Assembly (NCBI GenBank): GCA_963665395.2
Contig: OY762251.1
Coordinates: 432,151-496,150 of the forward strand
Origin: Dehalococcoidia bacterium
Lineage (GTDB): Bacteria > Chloroflexota > Dehalococcoidia > Lucifugimonadales > UBA3495
Direction: 5' to 3'
Length of the DNA stretch: 64,000 bases
Part shown: positions 17,642 through 27,081 of the stretch, piece after piece
Numbering within the stretch: the first letter of the stretch is position 1
How the letters are laid out: each line of letters begins with the position of its first letter
Translations under genes and position numbers: made by a program
Notes under the pieces: generated by a model
Seen by the model: the letters and a program-made list of their open reading frames with translations, nothing else
Told to the model about the DNA's origin: nothing
The model's database searches: none

Positions 17642-19030
17642 ATGCTGAAGTTGAAAGATCCCACGTCAACGGGCTGCCTGCTGGTCACCCACCTGCCGGT
17701 GAAGGCCGAGCTGCTGCGCCGGCTGGAACTTGCCGGCCAGCCGCTGATAATCACCGACAGGACACCGGGGCGCCAGACCGTCCTGGACGCTTCCGTAGAG
17801 GCGGTGGGAGTCCGGGCAGGACAGACGGTTGCGGAAGCGTTGTCCCGACGCTCCGACGCCGTTACCTTGCCGGCCGATTCCATCTACCTGTCCGAGGTCA
17901 ACGACAGGCTGCTGGTCGCCCTGTGCGAAGTGGTTCCCAACGTCGAGCCGGCCGGCCCTGGCGCGTTCTACCTTGACCTCGCCGGCATGGCCGGGATGTA
18001 CGGCGGCGTTGACGGACTGGCCGCCAACACCCTGTCCGCCGGCGACGAGCGGTTGTCCCCGCGGTTGGGCATCGGCGGTGGCAAGTTCCCGGCCCACTGC
18101 GCCGCGGCGCGGGCCGACGCCGGCGGCTGGCTGCGGGTTCCCGACGACGCAGCCGCCTGGCTGGCTACCCTGCCGGTGTCGTGGCTGCCCCTGGAACGGG
18201 ACGACGCGGCCCGGCTGGCCGGCTTCGGCATCGCCACCCTGGGCGACGTGGCGGCGCTGCCCCCCACATCCCTGACGGATTTCCTGGGGCCGGTCGGATT
18301 GCGAGCCTGGAACCTGGCCAACGGGATCGACCCGACTCCGGTCATCCCGACTATCCTGCCGGAAACGCTGTCCGAGCGTCTGGAGTTCCCCTTCCCGGTG
18401 GACACCGCCGCCGGCGTGGAGGCCGGACTGCGCGCCCTGTCCGAACGCCTCTGGCGCTCCGCGTTGCGCGCCCGTCGGGTCGGTCACGTCACTATTGAGG
18501 GCAGCCTGCTGGCCGGAGGCGCGTGGCGGTTTGACCGGGAACTGCGCCAGCCGGCGGCGTCCGCCGACACGCTGGTCAGGTCCTTGCTGGCCGGGCTGGG
18601 CGCGCAAGACGCGCTGAGCGCCGGACGCTGGCCTGAGGGGCCGCTGCTGGACCTGACCCTGACCGCCTCCGACCTGTCCCCCGAAAGCGGCCGCCAGTCC
18701 GCGCTGTGGACGCAGCCGCCGCGCCGGACGATGCCCGCCGTTGCGATTGCCGGCGTTGACCGCCTGGCGCGGATGGTCCCCAACTCGGCCCTGCCCGAAC
18801 GCCGCTGGGCTTTCGCCTCCACGCTGGCGCCTCTGGCGACGCCGGCGCCGGTGTGGGTGAGTTGCCACGGCGATACGCTGCAGCGTGTCGGCGGCGACCA
18901 AGCCGGCGGGAAAACCGTCGCTAGGGTGGTTGACCTGTGGGAGGTGGACACCGAGTGGTGGACAGCGGCGCCGGTGCGCCGGTGCGCCGGCGCTACTGGC
19001 GGCTGGCATTGGCCGGCGGCGGCCTGCTGA
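17642..19030 (+). CDS. imuB: ImuB-like Y-family DNA polymerase homologue (non-catalytic) of the imuB-dnaE2 mutagenesis cassette
   Basis: UmuC/DinB-like fold motifs (YLDLAGM.., GIGGGKF.A..AA, LPVSWLP, L...GI.TLGDVAALP) are present. CLLVTHLP replaces the catalytic D.D segment. The gene sits directly upstream of dnaE2. The start is uncertain (17519, 17564 or 17642). Confidence 0.75.
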   Translation: MLKLKDPTSTGCLLVTHLPVKAELLRRLELAGQPLIITDRTPGRQTVLDASVEAVGVRAGQTVAEALSRRSDAVTLPADSIYLSEVNDRLLVALCEVVPNVEPAGPGAFYLDLAGMAGMYGGVDGLAANTLSAGDERLSPRLGIGGGKFPAHCAAARADAGGWLRVPDDAAAWLATLPVSWLPLERDDAARLAGFGIATLGDVAALPPTSLTDFLGPVGLRAWNLANGIDPTPVIPTILPETLSERLEFPFPVDTAAGVEAGLRALSERLWRSALRARRVGHVTIEGSLLAGGAWRFDRELRQPAASADTLVRSLLAGLGAQDALSAGRWPEGPLLDLTLTASDLSPESGRQSALWTQPPRRTMPAVAIAGVDRLARMVPNSALPERRWAFASTLAPLATPAPVWVSCHGDTLQRVGGDQAGGKTVARVVDLWEVDTEWWTAAPVRRCAGATGGWHWPAAAC

Positions 19031-19081
19031 CGGTGTACCGCGACCTGGACACCGGAGACTGGTTCCGGCAAGGCTACTGAC

Positions 19082-21910
19082 GTGTCCGCCAACGCCGACT
19101 ACGTGGAACTGCGCGCCCATTCCTGGTACTCCTTCGGCGCGGGGGCGTCCGCCACCGCCGAACTGGTGGAGCGGGCCGCCGGTCTGGACTGCCCGGCCCT
19201 GGGCCTGACCGACACATCTAATCTGTGCGGGGCGCTGGAGTTCAGCCAGCATTGCCTCGCCGCCGGACTGCATCCCATCCTCGGCGCGGACCTCATGGTG
19301 CGGGAGCCAGTTTGACTTGTTCACCAAAGCCACACTCAGGGATTACCGCGCCTTGCCATCATTTCGTCCCAACTCAGGGGTCGAATCTTGACATCGGGAA
19401 ACTCGTCCTCGACTTCCTTTATGAGAGCAGGGTTTTCGTCCGGCGAATAGAAGAACACATACCGGCGTTGAAAACGCGCCTTGCTCACCTTTTCGGCGTC
19501 TTTACGGAGCTTGTCATTGAACTTGAGATCTACTGTCGAGAACGCCTCCGCTGCCACCAGACCGCCCTGCTCACTTTCGATGTCATTTCCATCTCCTGTT
19601 ACTGGGGACAGGATAAGCGGACCGCAATCCTGCAACTTATCGAAAATGAAATCTGCCGCAGCAAACACCGCGAGAGCGTGGAAACTCTGGTTCATCTGCT
19701 CGGCAATAGTCAGTGAACCGTCTCGAAGCGGCCTATAACCGATACGCCGGTACCTCAAGTCGAACAGTGCTTTCATTCCTTCCTTCTCGGGATCGGTCAG
19801 TTTTTTGTAGGCGCGGTTGGCCTTCTTGATGACCTCGTCCCGGTACTCCTGTACATCCTTCCAGTCGCGGGCGGTCAATTTGTTCTTGTTATTCTTCCCT
19901 TTGTCCATATAATCATCACCTCGCGCAGAAATCATCCCGGAACTCCATCAACCCCTGCCCCTGCTTAGTCCGAATCCACCGAAGAGTTGAGGGTAACGGC
20001 GGGTTGAGCGGGTAAGAAACGGCTCCTCCGCTTCTGGGATAATGGTTTCTGAAACGGGAAATCGGCCCGAAACCAAGGGCACCCAATAGACACTACCACA
20101 CAACCAACTCCGCCGCATCCGAACCTCCTTCGGCAACCATCGTTTGGTCAACTATGATGGACTGATTCTTGCGGCCACCCTGGCCCGGCGCCTGGATCTG
20201 GCGTGTGCCGACCGCCCCGGCTGGCGGGATTTGCTGTCTCTGTCGGAGCAACTGGCCGGCTTTCCCAAGGGGCTGGCGCAGCACCCCGGCGGAATGCTGG
20301 TGTCCTCAACTCCCCTCACCGACCTGGCGCCGGTGCAGCCCTCGGCCATCGCCGGCCGCTACGTCGCTCATTGGGACAAGGACAGCGTGGACGACGCCGG
20401 CGTGCTGAAAATCGACCTGCTGGCCTTGGGCGCGCTGTCCCAGATGCAGCAGGCGGTAAGGCTGGTCAGGGACCGCACCGGCAAGGAACCCGACCTCAGT
20501 CGCATTGATTACCGCGATCCTGGCGTCTTTGACGACCTGGGCCGGGGCGACACCGTGGGCGTGTTCCAGGTGGAGTCCGCCGCCCAGATGCAAACCATCG
20601 TGCGGAGGCGGCCCCGGAACATCTACGACCTGGCATTGGAAGTGGCGGCCGTCCGGCCCGGCGTGGGCGCCAACGACGGCGTGGCCGAGTTCCTGCGCCG
20701 CCGGGAGGGGATGCCCTGGAACTACGATCATCCCCTGGAGCAGCCCGCATTGGAGCGCTCCCTGGGGGTAATCATGTTTCAGGATCAGGTGGTGCAGTTG
20801 GGCATGGACGTGGGCGGCTTCACCGCCGCCGAGGCCGACCGGATGCGCCGCACCTTCGGTCGCCGCAATGGGACGGCTATGGTGGCATCCTACCGCCGTA
20901 AGTCTCTGGCCGGCGCCGGAGAGCGCGGCGTTCCCGAACCCGTCGCCGAGACCGTCTTCGGCAAGTTCAATCCCCACTATATGTTTCCCGAAGGCCACGC
21001 CCTGGCCTTCGCCTTCACCGCCTACCAGATGGCCTGGCTGCGCCGGTATCACCCGCTGGAGTTCTTCGTCGCCCTGTTCAACGAGCAACCCATGGGGTTC
21101 TGGGACCTGGACACCCTCAAGCAGGACGCCCGCCGGCTGGGGCTGCGCGTCGCTCACCCCGACGTGAACCTGTCCGAACTGCTCTGCGCCGCCGAGGGTG
21201 AGGGAACCCTGCGCCTGGGGCTGACCTTCGTGAAAGGCGTGAACGCCCGGTTGGGCGAGACGCTGCTGCGAGCACGGGAGGCCGGACCGTTCCCCGATTT
21301 GGCGGATCTCCTGGCTCGCTCCGGTCTGCCCCGGGAGGTGCTGGAGAACCTGGTTCGGGCCGGAGCTGTGGACGGGTTGGGCGACTGTACCGCCCGCCGC
21401 GCCGCTTTGTGGCAGGTGGGCGATGGTTACATGTCCGGCGCGGGTCGGGGACAGTTGGCGCTGCCCGTGGCGGTGTCCGATGCGCCGGCGGGTTTGCGCG
21501 AGGCAGACCGGGCGGAGCGGATGCTGGACGAGTACGCCGTGCTGGGTCTGTGTCCCGACGGCCACGTGATGGAACTGGCGCGCCCGTCATTGGATCAAGA
21601 CGTGCTGACCAGCGATGGCTTGCTTGGCTCTGCCGACGGCGACACCGTGCGTGTTGCCGGCCGCGTGGTCAGGCGGCAACGACCGCTGGCCGCCGCGGTG
21701 TTCCTGACCCTGGAGGACGAATTCGGCCTGATACCCCTGGCGGTGTGGCCCGCTCAATGGGAGCGGCTCAAAGGCGCGCTGCGTCGCTCCTTGGTAGTGG
21801 TGGAAGGCACCGTCTCCCGCCGGGATGCCACGCTGAACGTCGCGGTGCGGCAGGCTTGGCCGCTGGCGGTGGACTTGGACGACCAGCGTGGCCGGCAGGA
21901 TTGGCGGTAG
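19082..21910 (+). pseudogene. dnaE2: Error-prone DNA polymerase III alpha (DnaE2) disrupted: PHP N-terminus (19082..19315) and C-terminal 588 codons (20144..21910) separated by foreign DNA; about 350-400 codons are missing
   Basis: N-terminal piece: YVELRAHSWYSFGAGASATAELVERAA..ALGLTDTSNLCGALEF. C-terminal piece: HPGGMLVSS.PL, VLKIDLLALGALS, VFQVESAAQM, MFQDQV. The combined length is about 660 aa against an expected 1050 or more. Confidence 0.8.
19336..19908 (-). CDS. Orphan protein (190 aa) on a lower-GC insert inside dnaE2
   Basis: ATG 19908 has GAGGTG 8 nt upstream. The N-terminus is K/E-rich (MDKGKNNKNKLTARDWKDVQEY). The segment is visibly AT-richer than its flanks. I recognise no family. 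Confidence 0.55.
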   Translation of the reverse strand: MDKGKNNKNKLTARDWKDVQEYRDEVIKKANRAYKKLTDPEKEGMKALFDLRYRRIGYRPLRDGSLTIAEQMNQSFHALAVFAAADFIFDKLQDCGPLILSPVTGDGNDIESEQGGLVAAEAFSTVDLKFNDKLRKDAEKVSKARFQRRYVFFYSPDENPALIKEVEDEFPDVKIRPLSWDEMMARRGNP

Positions 21911-21935
21911 TAGGTTCGCCATCCCACTTTCTCTT

Positions 21936-23396
21936 AGCTGGACTTTGTACGTTCAAGCGGCGTAGGCGAGGGAATCGATAAGCCGAGCGTACAATTCGGG
22001 AACGGGTTTTCCCCGGTCACAGTCGGATAACGACATTGAAAAACTGTCCGAAGCCAGCCACAGGTGGCGTCGCACCAGGGCGATGGCATCCACGAAAGTG
22101 GGGGCGGGTTTGGCGTACCAGGCCGCCGTGCGCTGGGTGATGGGGCTCTCTTGTTGCAGCGAGTGTGCCGCCAGGGCGATCCAGGAAAACAGACCCATCA
22201 GGACGGGCGTGGTGCGGGCAATGGCGCGATCCGACCATTGGCGCTGAGTTTCCACGCCCAAGTGAGCCCGTACTTCCTGGTAAGTGACCTCCAGCTGCCA
22301 ACGCAGCACAAACCACTCCAGGATCTGGACTGGGGCGACCGACTCATCAGTGCAGAGCAGGGCCTGAGTGTCCAGTTCACCTTTGGGGTCTCGGACCAGC
22401 GCCCAGCGGATGGGTACGGGCGGTTTGCCGGGGTGGTACCAGAGGGCGGTCTGCGAAGCCAGTTCCAGCGTGCGCATGGTGCCGTCGTACCAGGACACCG
22501 ACGCGGTGTCCCAGAGCAGCTCGGGATCGTCAAGGCGTTGCTTGAGGGTGGGTTGACGTGCCCCCTTGACCCGAGGGCGACCGGTTTGGCCCGGTTGACG
22601 GGGTGGCGCGGGATCGTAGAGACCGGCATCCAGGCGCAGCCTGGTGATGAGGGTTACGGGTTCATGGAGGGACTGGCAGAAGTAGAGCAAGTCCAGGACG
22701 GCATAGCCATTGTCGCCCACCACCACCAGGGGGCGATGGGGCAGCCAGCGGCGCAGCAGCAGGATCATCTGGCGAGCCCAGTCGGTGAGTTTCTTGTGCC
22801 GGCGTCCCTGCCTTTGGTGATAGCGTTCCGATGGCGCCAGCGCGGTGAGCAAGGGCAGGGCCCAGAACCGTCCCGCCCAGGGGATGCGTCCCAGCCACAT
22901 CAAACTGATCCAGCGCAACCCGCTGGCCTTGACCGTATAGCTGCGGCTGGAACGCACGGCGTCTCGGTAGACACCCAGAGCGTTGATCTTTGGACCCTGC
23001 CGACGCTCCAGGGTTTCGTCGATACCGAACACCAGCGGACCGTCGCCGTGGTCGAGATGTTGAAGCAGCAACCTGAGCAAGACCTGGGACGCCCCAAGGG
23101 GCGACCACGCCGCCCGGTTCAGCACGTGATGGTAGCGGGCATAGTTGCGGTCGCCGCTGAGGCCCATGACCCGCAACGCCGCGGCCACTGTGCGCTGGCC
23201 CGGCGTCAGGATCGCGCCGACCAATAGGACCTGAGCCTTTTGCCAGGTTCGGTTTTGGAACAGCATGGCGAAGGGAAAGAGAACAGTTACAATGGCATCG
23301 GGCAGGGTGAGCACGAATTGACCTACGGTGAGTTGTGGGGTCAAACCAGCTTACCCTGCCGCTTTCATTTTTCTAGTTTTTGTACAAAGTCCAGCT
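21936..23396 (-). mobile_element. IS4/IS701-superfamily insertion sequence (about 1461 bp) with 15-bp perfect terminal inverted repeats
   Basis: agctggactttgtac at 21936..21950 and its reverse complement gtacaaagtccagct at 23382..23396 bracket the transposase ORF. I could not identify a target-site duplication. Confidence 0.75.
21953..23344 (-). CDS. DDE transposase (IS701/IS4-like)
   Basis: 463 aa. VFGIDETL, VVVGDNGYA and a C-terminal WQLEVTYQEVRAHLG block are typical of this transposase class. Confidence 0.75.
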   Translation of the reverse strand: MTPQLTVGQFVLTLPDAIVTVLFPFAMLFQNRTWQKAQVLLVGAILTPGQRTVAAALRVMGLSGDRNYARYHHVLNRAAWSPLGASQVLLRLLLQHLDHGDGPLVFGIDETLERRQGPKINALGVYRDAVRSSRSYTVKASGLRWISLMWLGRIPWAGRFWALPLLTALAPSERYHQRQGRRHKKLTDWARQMILLLRRWLPHRPLVVVGDNGYAVLDLLYFCQSLHEPVTLITRLRLDAGLYDPAPPRQPGQTGRPRVKGARQPTLKQRLDDPELLWDTASVSWYDGTMRTLELASQTALWYHPGKPPVPIRWALVRDPKGELDTQALLCTDESVAPVQILEWFVLRWQLEVTYQEVRAHLGVETQRQWSDRAIARTTPVLMGLFSWIALAAHSLQQESPITQRTAAWYAKPAPTFVDAIALVRRHLWLASDSFSMSLSDCDRGKPVPELYARLIDSLAYAA

Positions 23397-23414
23397 CAGA
23401 CAAATGACGGGATT

Positions 23415-23564
23415 ATGACCAATCACAAACTTTCCCAAGACGCTCAAACTTACCTCGCCGAACTCCTTCAGGTCCGCGCCTCCGGCGGCGCAACCGGCGA
23501 GCATCCCAGCTATGGGCCGTTACTGACAGAGTTACCGTCAGGTTCCGGTCAACAACACCCCTGA
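23415..23564 (+). pseudogene. Possible N-terminal remnant (49 codons) of a restriction/modification-type methyltransferase
   Basis: MTNHKLSQDAQTYLAELLQVRASGGATGEHPSYGPLL resembles the N-terminus Y(L/I)..L..I...G.A.E.SYY..L..LL seen in some N6-methylase fusion enzymes. This is from memory only. The frame ends after 49 codons. Confidence 0.25.
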
Positions 23565-23672
23565 TTCGTCCTACTCGGGCAGGACGCCAGTGGGCCGTTG
23601 GTCCTGCTTGAGCAGGGGTTCACCAGCGAAATGGTCAACAAACAGCGGTCAATGCCAGAAAGCAAGGATTTT

Positions 23673-24062
23673 ATGCAGAACCAATCTCATGCAAGGCGAT
23701 TCTGGGGGAAGGCGGATCGCCAGGATCCGTACCGCGTCCACCTGCTGGAGCACCATCTGGCGGACGTGGGCGCGTGCTTCGAGGCGCTGTTGCGGCAGCC
23801 CACTATCCGGCGGCGGCTGGCGCGTACTGCCGGCCTGGATGAAATCGACGACGTAACGGCGGCGCGGCTGTGCGTGTTCGCCGCGCTGCACGACATCGGC
23901 AAGGCGAGCGTTGGGTTCCAGACTCGAATCTGGCGGCGAGAAGACATACCGGGCGGCCGGGTTCCGCCGGCTTTCCACGGTGTTGGGCACGTGCGGGATT
24001 TAGCACCAGTTCTAGACTGGCAACAGGATTGGGAGACGTCAGGATGGTTTTTGCCTAATTTA
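23673..24062 (+). pseudogene. cas3: cas3 5' remnant (HD-nuclease domain, type I-E-like), truncated by the next IS
   Basis: MQNQSHARRFWGKADRQDPYRVHLLEHHLADVGACFEALL ... FAALHDIGKASVGFQ, compared with E. coli Cas3 HYWGKS...LLIYHCLDVAAV and the HDxGK/FQ motif. AAGGA lies upstream of ATG 23673. The frame runs into the IS inverted repeat at 24063. Confidence 0.7.
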
Positions 24063-24065
24063 GGA

Positions 24066-25181
24066 TAGGACTTACGCAGTTGGGTTCAGCGAGTAGAGCG
24101 GTTGAGCGAGATACTGCTGGATAGCGTAGCGGACAATGTTCGTCACGGCCTCGTACCAACTGACGCCGGATTGCAGGCGGTGAACTTCCAGGCGCACGAA
24201 GGCGCGTATCGCCATCCCGATATGCCCCCGCTGGGCTTCCGCTTTCCGCGCCTGGCACCGCTCTACGCCGCAGCACTGCTTCAGTCCCCGGTGGTATTGT
24301 TCGATACCCCAGGCCTGGCCTTTCAGCGCTTCCTGCCGCTCCGGCGTCAGGTCCAAATCGTTGCTGGCCCAATGCTCCACGTCCCTGTTTGGTGAGACTG
24401 TCCGCAACACTTTGACCCAGCCGTAGCCCCGTCCGCCGGAGGCGGACACCGTCCGTCCCTCCGGCCCGATTTCCACCATGTCCACCCGCACGTTACCCGC
24501 CCCGTCCGGGTTCACCAGCCGATTACAGCGGAATTGGGTCAGCCACACCCAGCCGCATTCCCGCACCTTTTTCAGGTTCTCCAGGCTGCTGTACCAACTG
24601 TCGAAGAGGACGTAGCCGGGCTGAAAGCCTCTACTCTGGGCCGCATCCACCATCTCCCGGAAATAATCGTTCTTGTTCTTTCCGCTCCAGGGCTTGTCAT
24701 AGATGCGGAAATCGCAAGGTATCAAGGCTGAGCCGTCAGTCCACAACAACGTCAGCAGGTTGATGCCCTGGACCACCCGGCGGTGTTTGCCGCTCCAATG
24801 CCGGGTTACCAGTTCCATCTTCCGCGCGTAAGGCTTGTCCAAAGTGGTGTCGTCCAGCGCCAGCGCTCCCCCGTCCGGTTGCGCCAGCCTTCGGGTCTCC
24901 TGCCACAGCGCCTCCGTATCGGGAGGCTGTCTCCGCAGCAGGCGGGTAAAGGCGTCATGGGCCGGCCCGTCCGACGCCTCCGGCTGGCAACGGGCCGCTT
25001 CGGAGCAAGTAAAACTCCGCTGGGCCGCCACCAGAAAGTCAATGTAGTCTGACGACTCCCGCTTGGCTGGGTTCATTCCCCTTCACCCTCCCCTTGAGAC
25101 TTCGTCCCTCGGCAATCTTACCGGTATCATAGAATAGACAAGAGGATTTGCACCTTTCAACGCCCAACTGCGTAAGTCCTA
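24066..25181 (-). mobile_element. Second IS4/IS701-superfamily insertion sequence (about 1.1 kb) with 19-bp perfect terminal inverted repeats
   Basis: taggacttacgcagttggg at 24066..24084 and its reverse complement cccaactgcgtaagtccta at 25163..25181. The flanks are different gene remnants (cas3 on one side, a recombinase on the other). Confidence 0.75.
24072..25076 (-). CDS. DDE transposase (IS701/IS4-like)
   Basis: 334 aa. LALDDTTLDKPYA, VLFDSWYSS and IEQYHRGLKQ blocks supply the D, D and E-region signatures. Confidence 0.7.
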   Translation of the reverse strand: MNPAKRESSDYIDFLVAAQRSFTCSEAARCQPEASDGPAHDAFTRLLRRQPPDTEALWQETRRLAQPDGGALALDDTTLDKPYARKMELVTRHWSGKHRRVVQGINLLTLLWTDGSALIPCDFRIYDKPWSGKNKNDYFREMVDAAQSRGFQPGYVLFDSWYSSLENLKKVRECGWVWLTQFRCNRLVNPDGAGNVRVDMVEIGPEGRTVSASGGRGYGWVKVLRTVSPNRDVEHWASNDLDLTPERQEALKGQAWGIEQYHRGLKQCCGVERCQARKAEAQRGHIGMAIRAFVRLEVHRLQSGVSWYEAVTNIVRYAIQQYLAQPLYSLNPTA

Positions 25182-25184
25182 CCC

Positions 25185-25685
25185 ATAAATGAAAACAGCG
25201 CTCAACTGGTTGACGAAGAACGGAAGCGGCAGGCCGCCATCACCAAGCGCATCGCGGAAGTGAATCGGGAGAAAACCAACCTGAAGCAACGAATTCGCGA
25301 ATACGAGGTGTCTCACCCGAAAGCTGTCCGCGACCTGATGGATGACCTGGAAACGGTCATTGAAGAGGAAGACAAGCTGAAATCTCAAAGGAGCCACTTG
25401 GACGACGAAGTGGCCGAAACCGTCGCCTTCGCCACGGATCCCGAAGCCATCATCGAAGCCGCAATGGACATGAAGACCTACCTGGAAGCCGATGACCGGT
25501 CCGTCGCCAGGGATTTCTTGCGAGGATTCATCGAGCGCGTGGACGTAGCGCACGGGCTCGCCACCGTCCACTTGCGTTTCCCCTTGCCGAACAATGAAGG
25601 AACAGACTCTGATTCCACCATCACGGTGCCCCTACAGGACAGCGGGATTCTTTTGGAGAAACGTAGCCCCGCACCCCCGGGATAG
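25185..25685 (+). pseudogene. C-terminal remnant of a large serine recombinase (coiled-coil and C-terminal region only)
   Basis: The open frame starts at the IS boundary: INENSAQLVDEERKRQAAITKRIAEVNREKTNLKQRI...ARDFLRGFIERVDVAHGLATVHLRFPLP. There is no catalytic N-terminal domain and no start context. Confidence 0.5.
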
Positions 25686-25799
25686 ACCCTCCACCACCGG
25701 CTGTGAAACGTCGCGGACATCGAGCCGGTGATCGCCAAGGACTATGTCTCACCCTGGGCGCGTGGCGATTTTGACTTCTATCAGGTTGAGTTAGGTCGG

Positions 25800-27024
25800 T
25801 CAATCACCTCCTCTGCCCAGCAGGGCGCAGTGTGGCGACAGCCTTTCCCGGTAGCTGGTGTCTTCGATGACGATCTGGTAACTGGCGTTGGCCAGACGGT
25901 CGAGAGCGCTGTTGCCGAGGATGGGGTCGTCGAAGAGGCTGAGCCACTCGTCCACGGCCCGGTTGCTGGTAATGACGCAACTGGATGCCCGATGGCGGTT
26001 GATGATGAGCTCGTAGAGGGCCGCCGACTGCTGTGGCGTGAGCCGATGCACACCGAGGTCATCGAGGATAAGCAGGTCGGGCGTCACGAATAGCACGTGC
26101 TCGTGCTTGTCGAGAAACTCCAGGGAGCAGACGGCGTACAGCAACCGACGATCCAGGGTAATTGACGCCGACCAGTCGAAGTCCTCCAGCCGACAGGTCT
26201 CCTCGAAGCCGGCGCCATTGAGTTGGAGGGCGACGCGCTCGGGCGGCGTGGCCGCCATGGATCCCAATTGCAGACGCTTGAGCAGGGGCGTGAGTTCGGT
26301 GATGGGGTCATGATCGATCTCCAGCGGCAAGGCGAAGACGGAAGACGGGCCGGGCGAAGCGACCGGCAGGTATGGGTAGTGGCAATTGAGGCATGGCCTC
26401 CTGTTCCAGGGCCTGCACCAGGATGCGCTCCAGCTTGCTGTCCAGTTTGACCTCCACCCTCTGTCCCGGCGGGCAGGACGATGACGGCACCGAGTAGAGG
26501 GCGTGCAGGCCAAGTGATGGTCGGGATGGACCCCGGCGGTACGCCGAATGGGGTGATCTCGTAGGGCGCCTCCCCGTCCCAGGGCAGCAGGGCATGGCGC
26601 TCTTCATCCTGGAAGACCACCAGGGGCTGCCGGCGCGTGGCGCCTTGCAGAGTCGCTCCTGGACGTAGGACACGCTGCGTTCCACCTTGGGCTTATCTTT
26701 GGGATGACGCACTCGGGCCGGGTCGGTGACAAAACCGCGGTGCTGGGAGTATTCCTGAAATCCCCGGGTCCGGCGATGATCAGCGCCCAGACCACCTTGC
26801 GCTTGCCCGTGGCTGGATCGGTGATCATCTCCAACCGGCCGAAGTCCGCCTCCGCCGCCTCGCCGGGCTCGGTATCGGCCATCCGAACCGTGCGGACGCC
26901 ACGCCGTCTCCTCCGCTATCTGCCGTTGGCTGCCTCCCGCCTGCCAGCGGCGGATCACTTCCTGTATTTCCACAAAGGTCCGGTAATTGGCGTTCCTGGT
27001 TTTTCGGGAATCTCCATTGACCAT
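25800..27024 (-). pseudogene. Decayed IS21-family element: istB with the Walker A-to-B segment deleted, and fragmented, frameshifted istA
   Basis: IstB-like FLDKHEHVLFV|TPDLLILDDLG...VITSNRAVDEWLSLFDDPILGNSALDRL lacks GPPGxGKT. IstA pieces are the N-terminal HTH (MVNGDSRKTRNANYRTFVEIQEVIRRWQAGGSQRQIAEE), HPKDKPKVERSVSYVQERL and GQRVEVKLDSKLERI, in shifted frames. Confidence 0.65.
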
Positions 27025-27081
27025 ATTGGGTTAGAATAAGGCGAGTTAACCTTAAGACAGCCATAGCCGGGAGGTGATGCA

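Noticed and set aside
21930-25190. Target-site duplications for the two IS4/IS701-like elements.
   Set aside because: The flanking bases do not match (ctctt versus cagac; aattta versus ataaat), so I make no TSD claim. The mismatch itself is used as weak support for IS-mediated rearrangement.
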